Origin: Octopus bimaculoides
Taxonomy: Eukaryota
Reading direction: 5' to 3'
NCBI RefSeq assembly: GCF_001194135.2
Contig: NC_069002.1
Location: 24,672,906-24,736,905 of the forward strand
Length of the DNA: 64,000 bases
The stretch's first letter is position 1. The number at the start of each line of letters is the position of its first letter. Positions 51,716-64,000 of this stretch are shown one piece after another. The position numbers and the translations under genes were made by a program. The notes beneath the pieces were generated by a model. It searched no databases, was not told the origin of the DNA, and saw nothing but the letters and a program-made list of their open reading frames with translations.

Positions 51716-52399
51716 ATACGTATCTATATATATTTATATATATGTATATATACATATATANNNNNNNNNNNNNNNNNNNNNNNNNNNNNNNNNNNNNNNN
51801 NNNNNNNNNNNNNNNNNNNNNNNNNNNNNNNNNNNNNNNNNNNNNNNNNNNNNNNNNNNNNNNNNNNNNNNNNNNNNNNNNNNNNNNNNNNNNNNNNNNN
51901 NNNNNNNNNNNNNNNNNNNNNNNNNNNNNNNNNNNNNNNNNNNNNNNNNNNNNNNNNNNNNNNNNNNNNNNNNNNNNNNNNNNNNNNNNNNNNNNNNNNN
52001 NNNNNNNNNNNNNNNNNNNNNNNNNNNNNNNNNNNNNNNNNNNNNNNNNNNNNNNNNNNNNNNNNNNNNNNNNNNNNNNNNNNNNNNNNNNNNNNNNNNN
52101 NNNNNNNNNNNNNNNNNNNNNNNNNNNNNNNNNNNNNNNNNNNNNNNNNNNNNNNNNNNNNNNNNNNNNNNNNNNNNNNNNNNNNNNNNNNNNNNNNNNN
52201 NNNNNNNNNNNNNNNNNNNNNNNNNNNNNNNNNNNNNNNNNNNNNNNNAATAATAATAATAATAATAATAATAATAGTAATAATAATAATAATAAACTGC
52301 CACTAACTTTTGCTATTCCAGATTGAAGAAGACAGCTGTATCAGCACTTTGAACACATCCTACTAAACACTGCTGACTTGTTCGCCGAATGATTTCGGG

Positions 52400-52978
52400 A
52401 CGTGAAGACAATTCTGAAGCTTGGCAGAAAACTCTACAGAAACTTATAAGACTGCTTCTAGATTAACTGGATTAACAGCTGAACATCTGTTTTACGCAGG
52501 CACAAGATACAAGACAAAGCAAATCCAACAGATTATCGTCTTTTTCGACAGTAAGGGCCTCATCTACATCTGGCCAGACTGTCGACAAAGAGTATCGTAT
52601 AGAGGTTTTGAGGGAATTCAGAAAAGGATTTCGTCGCATCAGGACAATGCAAAAGTCCACAATTATATCCTGGTAACCAACGAATTGACAGAAGCAGACA
52701 TCAGAACTGTTTACCACCCTCCCTACAGTCCAAACTTTCTTCCCTGTAACTTGCAGTTGTTCCTCCAGCGGAAGTAGATGAAGGATTCTACAACAAGGGT
52801 CTTGGACACCTTCACATTGGAGAATTTCCATGGGACTTTATAGAAGCGACTAGAGTTCTGCAACAAGTGCATTGAGGTCACATGGTCCTACTTTGAAGGA
52901 GAATAGACTTTTATATTTATATGAAATTAATGTATGTCTTTCCTGAAGAGTCTCAAAACGTCTGTAATGCACCGTGTA
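52400..52978 (+). mobile_element. mariner transposon remnant with right TIR
   Basis: ENSTETYK (N-terminus), IVFFDSKGLI, HQDNAKVH, VYHPPYSPNFLPCNLQLF and CNKCIEVTWSYFEGE*, then the TIR-like gagtctcaaaacgtctgtaatgcaccgtgTA. Internally deleted. Confidence 0.85.
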
Positions 52979-53388
52979 GTCGTGGTATTTTCTTCTTGGA
53001 ATAATTGTTAGTGTGAATGGTTGTATTTATGTGTTCATTAAATTGAAACCAGATTTCAAATGTTATATTTGATTCGCATATTAGAGATATTTTTCGCAGT
53101 TACCATACCATATATGTTAGTGTGTAATAATATGGAAAACGAACTAGCAGTAATGTGTGTTTAATATATATATTAAGATATGGAGAGCAAAATACCAGTT
53201 GTGAGATCTGTTCCAAAACCCATAAAATATCGAGGAATTCCATATTTTGTGTTGAGTCAATTTTTCTAATAATTTTGCTTGAAATATTTTTTTATATCTC
53301 AGAGAACATTTATGCCAGTGTTAATATGGATATTTATACGCGCCTACCCCTGCCTTTCTATATGCATACACACACGCACACATATGTA

Positions 53389-53430
<42 letters not shown>

Positions 53431-53469
53431 TAGATATACTTATATATATATGTATATGTATATACATAC

Positions 53470-53510
<41 letters not shown>

Positions 53511-53631
53511 CATTTATATTTAATATGCTATATATGACATATATATCATGTATGAATTATATATTATTGTGTATGTATGTATATATATACACACTCACAC
53601 ACACACGTACACTCACACACACTCACATACG

Positions 53632-53662
<31 letters not shown>

Positions 53663-54199
53663 TATATTATATTATATTATATTATATTATATTATATTAT
53701 ATATACGCATATTTTTGTTGAAATATAATCATAAACTCTGTAAATCAGAAGAGCACTCAACATTACGTTAGAACTATATATAGATTTGTACATTGACGGA
53801 TATAGATACATGGCTCGTGATTGAATGCTTGGCTATCTTACACAAAAGAATTTTTTAGTAAACACAAGTTTCAATATATAGATATAATTATAGATATCTA
53901 TTCATGCAGCATAAAAAAACATATTCTACATCCCATTCTGTGGATCGCAGAAAAACCATCGCAATTTTGTTGAAGTAAATAATATTGTTATCTACTTTCT
54001 TTTTGTCTGATTCTGTGTGGGTTTTTTTTTTTTTTACTCTGTTTTAGTTTTCAATCTCTTCTGTAGCAATTTATTGTATGTTATTCTTCTATAGTGTAAC
54101 TTGAACATTTACAATAACATAGCAATGTGTATCTATGAGCACGCGTATGTCTGTTTGTGTAGATGTGTGTGTTTGGGTTGGTGCGTGTGTATGTGTGTG

Positions 54200-54247
<48 letters not shown>

Positions 54248-54422
54248 TCTGTGTATTTGCGTGCGCTTGTGCTCTTAAATTAATAGAATCTTTAGATTTA
54301 TTCTTCTATTGAAGAACAGTTCTTGATATTAACTGAAAAATATGGTTTATATAATGTTGACGACAACAATACTAACAGTGATAATAATAATATTGATGAT
54401 GATGATGATGACGACGACGAGG

Positions 54423-54464
<42 letters not shown>

Positions 54465-54466
<2 letters not shown>

Positions 54467-54630
54467 GCGGTTGGGAATACCATGCAAGATTGGTATCATT
54501 CAAAAATCAGTCTTGTTCGGTACTGCACATTTTGAGGATTGTGTTATCTGCCTGAGGTCCTTGTAACATGACAGAGGACTAAATACACCGATGCGTTTTC
54601 TATCTACACTGAGTGACAAAGTAAGAACAA
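54465..54630 (+). mobile_element. R4/Dong-type RLE LINE, 5'-truncated 3' end
   Basis: KRLGIPCKIGIIQKSVLFGTAH resembles the terminal IQK..L.GTA.ILR.VL motif. A short 3' UTR follows, then (TAA)n at 54631-54724. Confidence 0.7.
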
Positions 54631-54641
54631 TAATAATGATG

Positions 54642-54725
<84 letters not shown>

Positions 54726-54888
54726 GATGTCTTATTTTTTGAACAACATTTCGACAGAACGTCTGTCTTTCTCAAGTTCAAACCAAAAGGTGATTGAAAA
54801 TTCANNNNNNNNNNNNNNNNNNNNNNNNNNNNNNNNNNNNNNNNNNNNNNNNNNNNNNNNNNNNNNNNNNNNNNNNNNNTTTTTTTAA

Positions 54889-54973
<85 letters not shown>

Positions 54974-55101
54974 TATAATCATCCTTTTATTGGCCACACA
55001 GTGTGTATGTGCGTCCATATATGTATACATATATACAGATATAATTCTACAGAACAAGAAGTTGGAAGAAATTCATGTTGTCGCTATTGTAGCTAAGAAT
55101 A

Positions 55102-55144
<43 letters not shown>

Positions 55145-57381
55145 NNNNNNNNNNNNNNNNNNNNNNNNNNNNNNNNNNNNNNNNNNNNNNNNNNNNNNNN
55201 NNNNNNNNNNNNNNNNNNNNNNNNNNNNNNNNNNNNNNNNNNNNNNNNNNNNNNNNNNNTATATATATATATATGTATGTATAAAATCAAAATAAGCAAC
55301 AAGGATATTTAAAGTTAATGCAGTATGACCGTTTCATGCGACTCCATTTATTTAAGCAATGTGAACATTACATTGAATGTAAAATGCAGAGCAATCCTCA
55401 GCTGCACAAAGATATAGACCTGTTTAATAACAGATTAGACCTTAGAGTATTGTGTGTACTCTGTTCCACTCGTACTTTTAAATATTTTAAAAAGTAGCAA
55501 ACTTAAATAGTGTGGTATTTTAACAGCTGCCATGTTTATCTTAGGCTATAATTAGTACATATTTAAATTGAAATTGAACTTTTATAGCATATTTTTGATC
55601 TCTCAATGCATAATCTCCCTGTGAGAACTAAAATTTCAACTTTATCCATTAAACTTTTTTCACATCACTTTTGCTCTTGCTGTTAGTTTTAGTGTGTATC
55701 TTACTTACTTTACTTTATTTAACTTAAAAGAATAGGATGTTTTGAAATTTCTTAATAGTTTTTAATAGTTTTTAAACCTTTTTAAATTTTATTTAATGCC
55801 TGACCCTAAAGGATTCATGTTATTCCATTATTCCTTTGTTTGTGGTAGTATCATTACTGCTATTTTATGGGTGACTCAAATAAATCTAATCCTTGTTCCA
55901 TTATTATTTTGTACTTGGCCCATGTTAGTTAACACAAGTTCCTGGTTATTTAAGATAGTGTGGTCTAATTAAATTATTACATAATTATCATGTTCTCTAT
56001 TAGTTGTTTCGTTCACCATTGTTAATTCCAACCATTCATTATATCGGTTTCTTAAACCTTGATGAGTCTATCATTACAAAACATATAAATCCTATGTATC
56101 AATTCTTTATAGTAGTTATAAAATAAATTTTATCTCTTATGTGTCCTTTAAATAATATTAGATATATAAGTTTAATTTTAATTTTAAAATAATTTTTAGT
56201 CCAATATATATAAAAAAAACTTTAATTTCACATCTTATCTATGGTTCTTTATATTGGTGTAAATAAGTCTAAACGTACTTGACCAAAGCATTTTAAATTA
56301 AACTACTTGATGGCTTTTGCATACTGAATGTATTGATTAGTTACATTACTATACACTATTTCTTTTTATTTCTTATTTCATTATTGATCTATTAAGTTAT
56401 AATTAGCTTTTATTTATTCACATATTAATTAAGCAACTATTGGCATCTCAAATTTTCCAAACTTAGCATATGTGAAACAATACTGATACATTATTCTGAT
56501 TAATGAAAACTATGAATTAACATATACAGTATCTGTACACATATAGCAACTTTATTTTATATACTTTTGACCTAGGTGCCTTATGTTAAACTTCCCCTGC
56601 TCCATTATAAACTGGTCTGCTAGTAGAGAACCCACCCCACCCCCAACTTATAGTAATTTGTCATTAAAACCAAAACAATCTTTATAACCATATCATCCAT
56701 GTATATTGTTTACCCCTTTTCCCTTTCCCTATAAGGAAAAGGCTGGTGCGCTCTTAAGCTTTGAATCACTAGGTCTAATAAGATGAAACAAAAAAAAACA
56801 AATAAAATAAGTGACAGCTAAAATCTGCTTNNNNNNNNNNNNNNNNNNNNNNNNNNNNNNNNNNNNNNNNNNNNNNNNNNNNNNNNNNNNNNNNNNNNNN
56901 NNNNNNNNNNNNNNNNNNNNNNNNNNNNNNNNNNNNNNNNNNNNNNNNNNNNNNNNNNNNNNNNNNNNNNNNNNNNNNNNNNNNNNNNNNNNNNNNNNNN
57001 NNNNNNNNNNNNNNNNNNNNNNNNNNNNNNNNNNNNNNNNNNNNNNNNNNNNNNNNNNNNNNNNNNNNNNNNNNNNNNNNNNNNNNNNNNNNNNNNNNNN
57101 NNNNNNNNNNNNNNNNNNNNNNNNNNNNNNNNNNNNNNNNNNNNNNNNNNNNNNNNNNNNNNNNNNNNNNNNNNNNNNNNNNNNNNNNNNNNNNNNNNNN
57201 NNNNNNNNNNNNNNNNNNNNNNNNNNNNNNNNNNNNNNNNNNNNNNNNNNNNNNNNNNNNNNNNNNNNNNNNNNNNNNNNNNNNNNNNNNNNNNNNNNNN
57301 NNNNNNNNNNNNNNNNNNNNNNNNNNNNNNNNNNNNNNNNNNNNNNNNNNNNNNNNNNNNNNNNNNNNNNNNNNNNNNNCG

Positions 57382-58060
57382 TTGCAATTTTGGCTGGTTA
57401 TTCTCGATATTGCTCCAATCTGGCCAGCCCCAAGGAAAATCTAAGCTGGGAGCATTAGATTCCTTGGAAGAAAGCAGCGAATGTATACAAAAACAAGGAC
57501 GTAAAAAACGAACAACGTTACACAAATACAGTAGGAATAATAACGGGACATAACAACAGATGTCTTTTGACTAAGGACGAATAAAATTAAGCTGGCGTGT
57601 ATGGAAATAAAACCTTACAGCCGGGATACAAGATTTCACAGGCACAGGGAGAAATAATGACGTTGCACGCACAACAGCCGCTCAAGAGAGAAAGGTCAGA
57701 CTTGGCCGAACAGCGGTCACGTGGGAAGAGAGGAGAGAGAGGTAGCCAGATTGCAGCAATATCGAGAATAACCAGCCGAAATTGCAAGGATAATCTGGAT
57801 CTCGACTGAAGAAAGAAAACTCCGCATGACCCGTCCGTGTTTTCTTTGTATCATCTATCTGGATGTTTTGTCTCTCTCTTGTATCACCTAACTGTCTGGA
57901 TGTTTTGTGTTCTTGTCCCATTCTGTATTATTTATATATATATATATACATATAGCGGCATACGTACACTTTGTCTCTTATATGTAAGTACACATTTTTC
58001 TAAATCTGAGGAATCAGAGCAATCCAACCCTAACGTGTGAGACCAACCACCTTAGCGGAT
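57382..58060. mobile_element. Inverted repeat (43-bp arms, 41/43) plus decayed pLTR-like sequence
   Basis: 57382-57424 ttgcaattttggctggttattctcgatattgctccaatctggc is the reverse complement of 57745-57787. The downstream layout (CTGAAGA at ~57806, microsatellite, CTGAGGA...aacgt at ~58006) parallels 30567-30810. Confidence 0.55.
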
Positions 58061-58589
58061 TGTGTCCTATTTGAGAAGTCTACAATCGGCTTTCTTTTGA
58101 TTTGCCGCACAGACATTTCTTACCTTACGTAAGCAGTAAAGATTTCGGTTTGTTCTGAGTAATACCGATTGACGGTCGACGTGACAGTCGAATATCGTCT
58201 TAGAATAACCGCTATTTACATCTTCTTCACCCGTCCAATCAGCGATAATTTACTTAGCGCTTTTGTAGGTTCATCATCACATTTATCAGACTTTGGCTGC
58301 TCCGCCGAATTGCTGAAAAGTTTAGACGTTTGGTACGGTTCCACACTTATGGATGCTAAAACCTATAGAGTTGCACACAATCTCTCCGGTGCTAGTAAAT
58401 TTCTTAGGCACTGCAGTTACTTGCGGGATATACACCAATCCTTCTTCATTCAAAATGGTTCAATCACATGCAACTGTATAAATATTAGCTGTAGTATTTT
58501 CATAGAGATTCTCTCTGTGTGTCTATCGCTCTCTCCTACTCTCATTCACTCACTCTCTCTCGTTCTCTCTCTCTTTCTATCTCTCTTTC

Positions 58590-58737
<148 letters not shown>

Positions 58738-58744
58738 GCTTCTC

Positions 58745-59520
58745 TTTTTCCTCTTAAGTTATCTGTCCTCAGAATTTAAACAAACCAGGCTATGGTTATA
58801 AGATTAAGGATAGGAATATTACCTTTTTCTTGCATATGGACGATTTAAAACTCTATAGTAAGGATGATGCTGAAGGAAATTTTTGAAATGAATGGCGATT
58901 TTCACTAATGACACAGCTGTGGAATTTTAAATGGATACATATACAAAAGCTACATTTAGAAGCGGTGCGTTCACAAAAACGGAACCAGCAGTTCTTGAAA
59001 CAAACGGAATCATCAAAGAAGTAGAAAGGAGAGGAGGTACAAGTACCTTGGGATAAAGGAGGTAGTATACACCATACGACATTGAAACAAACAAAAAAAA
59101 ACAAGGAGAGTAAGAGCTGTTTTGAAGACCGAAATCATTGCACAACGTAGAATAATCATCCGAAGAAACATACTGATAATTCCAATTATAGACATACTTT
59201 TAATAACATTAATTGGATTATAAATGAAATTAAAAAATTACGTTTTTTTTTTTTAATGATGATTATAAATATACAACAAATTATATTACCTCAAGGCAGA
59301 TGCTAATCACCTATACTTGCAGAGTAGCAGCATTCAGGGGAAGGATACGATTTAAACGATTATATATAACCATCAGCAACACGAAAACTCTCTAAACATT
59401 AAGAAACAAGAAAATACTAGATGCTGCTACAAATTCTAAACCAAAAACTAACATAATGCCGGAACATACAGAATGGAACCAGGCAAGATTTTATGATAAT
59501 GAAACCAGTAATATTTACAT
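58745..59520 (+). mobile_element. R4/Dong-type RLE LINE reverse transcriptase fragment
   Basis: LNKPGYGYKIKDRNITFFLHMDDLKLYSK (YxDD box), KATFRSG...IIKEVE, YKYLGIKE, RRVRAVLKTEI and KADANHLYL across frameshifts. Confidence 0.85.
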
Positions 59521-60321
59521 CTGATTTGTTGTGCAATTAAAAATGATTCCTTTTGTATAAGAATTAGTTTGCTTTCAACAAATTCTTTCCGAAATCGTTT
59601 TCTTTCTATTTTGACTTCCATCATGCTAATTTTTTTTCCAACCATTCTTGTATTGAACGCGTATCTTATTTAATACTAATTTGTTCTCTGAGTTTTTCTC
59701 GGGATCGAATATATTAAGACTTAATTGTATTATGATAGAATTTTATACCATAAAGTGTCAAAGCATTTCTCCGTAGATCAACGACCTGGTCTTGGAAAAT
59801 TCTATTATCTCACTGTTTACTATTTATCTATAAATTTAAATTTGCATTCCTGTATTAACTCACATTTTTATTATCTTATATTTTCACATTTGGTTTATTC
59901 TTTAAAGGTTTCATTTGTTTGCTGGTTCTCCTTGTATGCCAATGGCGTAATCAATGCGAATTTCTATATGTGATATGTAAATCATTCAATGAATTTCCTT
60001 ATGACTTTGTTTGTTTATTTTTATTCTTTACCATACAAGCGTATTGTTATCAATATTTATATATAAAGGCTCTTATTGAATTTTTATTATTTTGATTTTG
60101 TTTTATGGTTGTGGATATCTGTAGACATTGGTAATAAAGGAAAAAAGAAAAAAAAGACAGAAGCTGTTGATTTCTAAATAGACTTTGTATTGTTGACGTT
60201 TCTTCCGTGTTGTCAACGAAGTTGGTATGTTTTTTGTTATCTGTTCGCCGTTGTAATGTTTAGAGTATGAGGGTATGAATTATTCACACTTATGTAACCG
60301 TTTATATTTACACACACACAC

Positions 60322-60394
<73 letters not shown>

Positions 60395-60637
60395 ATATAT
60401 ATANNNNNNNNNNNNNNNNNNNNNNNNNNNNNNNNNNNNNNNNNNNNNNNNNNNNNNNNNNNNNNNNNNNNNNNNNNNNNNNNNNNNNNNNNNNNNNNNN
60501 NNNNNNNNNNNNNNNNNNNNNNNNNNNNNNNNNNNNNNNNNNNNNNNNNNNNNNNNNNNNNNNNNNNNNNNNNNNNNNNNNNNNNNNNNNNNNNNNNNNN
60601 NNNNNNNNNNNNNNNNNNNNNNNNNNNNNNNNNNNNN

Positions 60638-60690
<53 letters not shown>

Positions 60691-61104
60691 CGTTGCTTTC
60701 TGCAGTTTCATTCATTGCGAACACTTTGTCCATTGTCTTTTCCCGTAATATATGAGCTCTATACGGCAAGGTCGTGCTACTGTCCATGTTGCGTTTTCTT
60801 AATAAGTATCTCAATAGGATATTTTAATAAGTATGTTAATAAGTTCGTTTTAAACAACCCATGGGACTCGAGGCTTCACTATTGATATTCTTGTAATCTT
60901 TGTATATTATTATGTATGTATTTCAGAACTACACCAGCACGTTTTGAAGGGGAAAATATTAGTTGCACTTTCGAAGGACGTGCATATAAATCTATATTAA
61001 TCCATATAAACCCATTTTCACACCTGTGATTATCGAGAATATCGTCTGCCAACAGAGTTTTCAGAAATGTTTGGGAAATTGTCACAGCCTGCTGTTACTT
61101 ACAT

Positions 61105-61140
<36 letters not shown>

Positions 61141-62125
61141 TAAATACAAGCTATCTCCCATAAACATTATATTTAACCATTTGCAATAGAAACAGATTTA
61201 CAATTCAGAGATTAACTTGTTTTCGAATATGCATTATCTGGAACAGCCTCATTATGAATACTGCTGCGATCTACGTATGTAGTTATTTTGACGAGGTACA
61301 TACAGAAAAGTTGACAAACATCCGCAAGAATTGGTTGTTATAGAAATGGCATATATTATCAAGTATGAGAGTAAATCACTAGTTACAACTGGAAACAATG
61401 GCTTTAATTTAGAAATTGTTCTGTATGTTACCATCAATAACATTCAGTGGATTACGGAGCATATTCATAAACTAAAGAATAATCATTGGTTGAAACGGAA
61501 ATAGATTTGATTCAATGACATTTATACACGATATCTCGTGGATAAGATATTTATCTTTTACCTTTGCTCATCCTAAACGTAACGAATTCGAGGAAAACCG
61601 AAAATATAAAAGTTCTGAAAAAACTATGGATATTACAATAAATGAAATAGAATATAATTGTGCCACATGGAATATATCTTTATATTTGTCTTAAGACAGT
61701 GTCCATTAGAACATACCTTCGATCAGGCGCAACCGTATAAATCGAAGCAAATTTAATGCAAAATAGAATAAATGGGAATCTAGTTCGATTTTTTTTTGTT
61801 TCTTTTCTTTCACATAACGTCGAAAAAACTGATTGCAGATGTGACCAATTCACGAACTGCGAGTTCTACGAACCTTAGAATTATTAACAACTTACTTATG
61901 AATGCCAAAATATTCCAGGATCAGCTACGAAATAAAGAAAATTTAGAAATAACTGTCGTTTGGTTTAGCAAATTTTCTGTGTACAGATACTGCACTATAA
62001 TATCAATTTAATGTTATCTCCATAGATTTTTCAATACAATTCAGAGCCAGTACAGTCAGTTACAACGTTTCGTAAGCAAACAAGTTTATACAAACAAATC
62101 GATCGAAGATAGAAAGATAAATAAT

Positions 62126-62172
62126 AGGTGTACATGCATATTTCGAAGTTTATTGCTCTCTCATCAGCACCT
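62126..62172 (-). ncRNA. Minimal type I hammerhead ribozyme
   Basis: Minus strand aggtg-CTGATGA-gagagcaataaacttc-GAAA-tatgcatgt-A-cacct. 5-bp stem I, short stem II (gag/ttc), near-palindromic stem III ATATGCATGT, GUA triplet. Confidence 0.65.
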
Positions 62173-62237
62173 CATCCAACCAACATCTAGTATGCATTAA
62201 AATAATCTCTTAGCGGATAGTTGATTGGTTGGATGAA

Positions 62238-62280
62238 GTGCTGATGAGAGAACAATAATCCTCGAAATATGAATGTACAT
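62238..62280 (+). ncRNA. Hammerhead ribozyme, partner copy (weaker stems)
   Basis: gtg-CTGATGA-gagaacaataatcctc-GAAA-tatgaatgt-A-cat. The core is intact, stem I is only 3 bp and the stem III palindrome is broken (GC to GA). Confidence 0.5.
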
Positions 62281-63489
62281 CCATTACCTTCTTTATCTTC
62301 GCTCACAGAAATCTGTTTGTTTACGAAAGGTCATAACTTACAGTGTTGGCTCTGAATTCTATAGAAATTCTATATAGATAACATTAAACTAAAATAACAA
62401 GCTCTGTTAACACACTTTGGGACATATTTTTGACTTAATGAACATATACTATACTTATCAGTTTATTGTGTTTACAAAACGAAATACTGCTGCCTTAGTA
62501 GCATATAAAAAATTTAAAACACAACGAGTAGAATTTAAACTGTCTATCTTTTCTCTGTTATTACGATTCTCATTGCAACATTGTGTATATTCATCCAGTT
62601 AAAATAATCTGTTGATTTTATTTAAAACTTTTTTTAGTTATGTTACCTGTCATAATTTAAATTGTTCGTTCACTGATGGCCTCCTTCAAATACGGAAAAG
62701 AATTTTTGTTTGTTTCTATTCTCAGATTACGTATATTAGAGTCCGGTTCTGTGTTCCTACTATTGAACGCCATTTGATTAATATGCGATTGTAACAGAAA
62801 CATCTACGAGAAACCTTTTAAAAGCTGTCATTACATTATTCGCATTTTTTCCGACTTCTTACAGATTCTATATATGTATATAACAATCCTAGCTTATTAC
62901 AGGAAAAGCTGAAGGAAAATGAAATTGCATGTCTTCTTATTCAATAGATCAATCAAAATGTTCCCTTTTAAGTAAGAAACGGGCTCAAAGTATTCGTTAG
63001 TTCAATATTTTCCTTCTACTAACATGCATCCATCTACTCAAGACCAAATTTTGTTGAAATAATAAGAAGCAAGTATTGTAAGTATTTTAAAATTCTATTA
63101 AATTTGAATTTGAAATTAACTTGACAAGAACTGATAGGTTCTTCACAATCGTTTATACATGCAATACGGAAATTAAATTCAACATTAAAACAGTCTGTAA
63201 CTGAGTGATAGTAGAAGTTTCTTCAACTTTAATTGTGTATACATACATACATACATACATACATACATACATACATACATACATACATACATACATGCAT
63301 GCATACATACATACATACATACATACATACATACATACATACATACATACATACATACATACGTATGTATAACTATATGTATGCGAGTGTGGATGTATTT
63401 ATGTTGTCTTTAATCATTAAATTCTTCCTCTGCAGAAGGAGCTGGTTTCTAACACATACAAACCTCCATTGTTGGAATGTCGATAACAA

Positions 63490-64000
63490 AAATAATGTTA
63501 ACTTATAAACTATAAGCCTTGCATATTTTTACTGTTCCACTTACAGATTATTTTTGTAATGTGCCTGTAAGCTGGTCGGCTTCGTTTTCTGAAAATCCAG
63601 CCTTATCCAGACTGACAGTTAAGTATTTACTTAAACAACCATGTGCTCCAATTATTATTGGTATAACTTTGAATTTACAATCTGCATATAGAAGCTGGAG
63701 GCTTCGAAGCAGTTGTCTACAGTTATCTTCTTTCTCTTTGGTTTTCAAAGACATATTCACATCATATTCACATCAGCATATTCACATAGCTAACCTCTAT
63801 GACGACACATACATTTTTTGCCTGCCCAAAACAATAACCAGCCTGTTATATTTACACTTGACACATATTTTGATGGGATTGCTCCACTAGTATTCCTCTC
63901 GTGTTGATGTTTGTGTATGTATTCAAATACAGGGATATTTTCTATACCTATTCCAAGACAGTCTGTTTCCGAATGTTATTGTACAAAGCTTTTGTGACAA
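63490..64000 (-). mobile_element. R4/Dong-type RLE LINE, restriction-like endonuclease domain and C-terminus
   Basis: EY*WSNPIKICVKCKYNRLVIV...VCVVIEVS...KEKEDNCRQLLRSLQLLYADCKFKVIPIIIGAHG...TLQK*SVSGTVKICK follows the HNRPD / IEVS / K..KY / VIPI.IGA.G pattern. It is cut by the window edge. Confidence 0.85.

Larger units (their letters stand above)
62007..62388. mobile_element. Foldback element (arms 62007-62183 / 62225-62388) with a hammerhead core in each arm
   Basis: Arms are reverse complements throughout (e.g. tcatcagcacctcatccaaccaa / ttggttggatgaagtgctgatga and tttaatgttatct / agataacattaaa), with a ~41-bp spacer. Confidence 0.8.

Noticed and set aside
54323-54566. Poly-Asp / poly-Met ORFs
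   Set aside because: (GAT)n microsatellite running into an R4/Dong 3' end.
60879-61443. Two minus-strand ORFs (68 and 63 aa) that look protein-like
   Set aside because: No recognisable motif, weak or absent splice signals, and a length expected by chance.

Overview
AT-rich, gap-riddled eukaryotic draft-assembly scaffold, dense in (TA)n, (CA)n, (GA)n, (TAA)n and (TACA)n microsatellites. The SINE families and repeat landscape look like an octopod cephalopod (Octopus-like); this is inference, not a database result. I could not recognise any intact host protein-coding gene. Almost all long ORFs in the supplied track are artefacts of N-runs and microsatellites. What is supportable is a layered transposon graveyard: several Penelope-like (PLE) fragments (GIY-YIG, RT thumb, pLTRs), CR1/L2-group LINEs, an RTE fragment, three R4/Dong-type RLE-LINE fragments, a 5'-intact Tx1/L1-like ORF1, two hAT fragments, Tc1, mariner, Chapaev3, and four tRNA-derived SINE families. 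The most notable structures are head-to-head inverted repeats carrying hammerhead-ribozyme cores with palindromic stem III in both arms (29951-30567 and 62007-62388; a third, more decayed case at 57382-57787). Also notable are a Tx1-like element apparently nested in a tRNA-derived SINE and a (TA)n-anchored double-hairpin repeat present three times. A few isolated exon-like segments with good splice signals may belong to an unrecognised host gene or lncRNA. All alignments and translations were done by eye, so boundaries are approximate.
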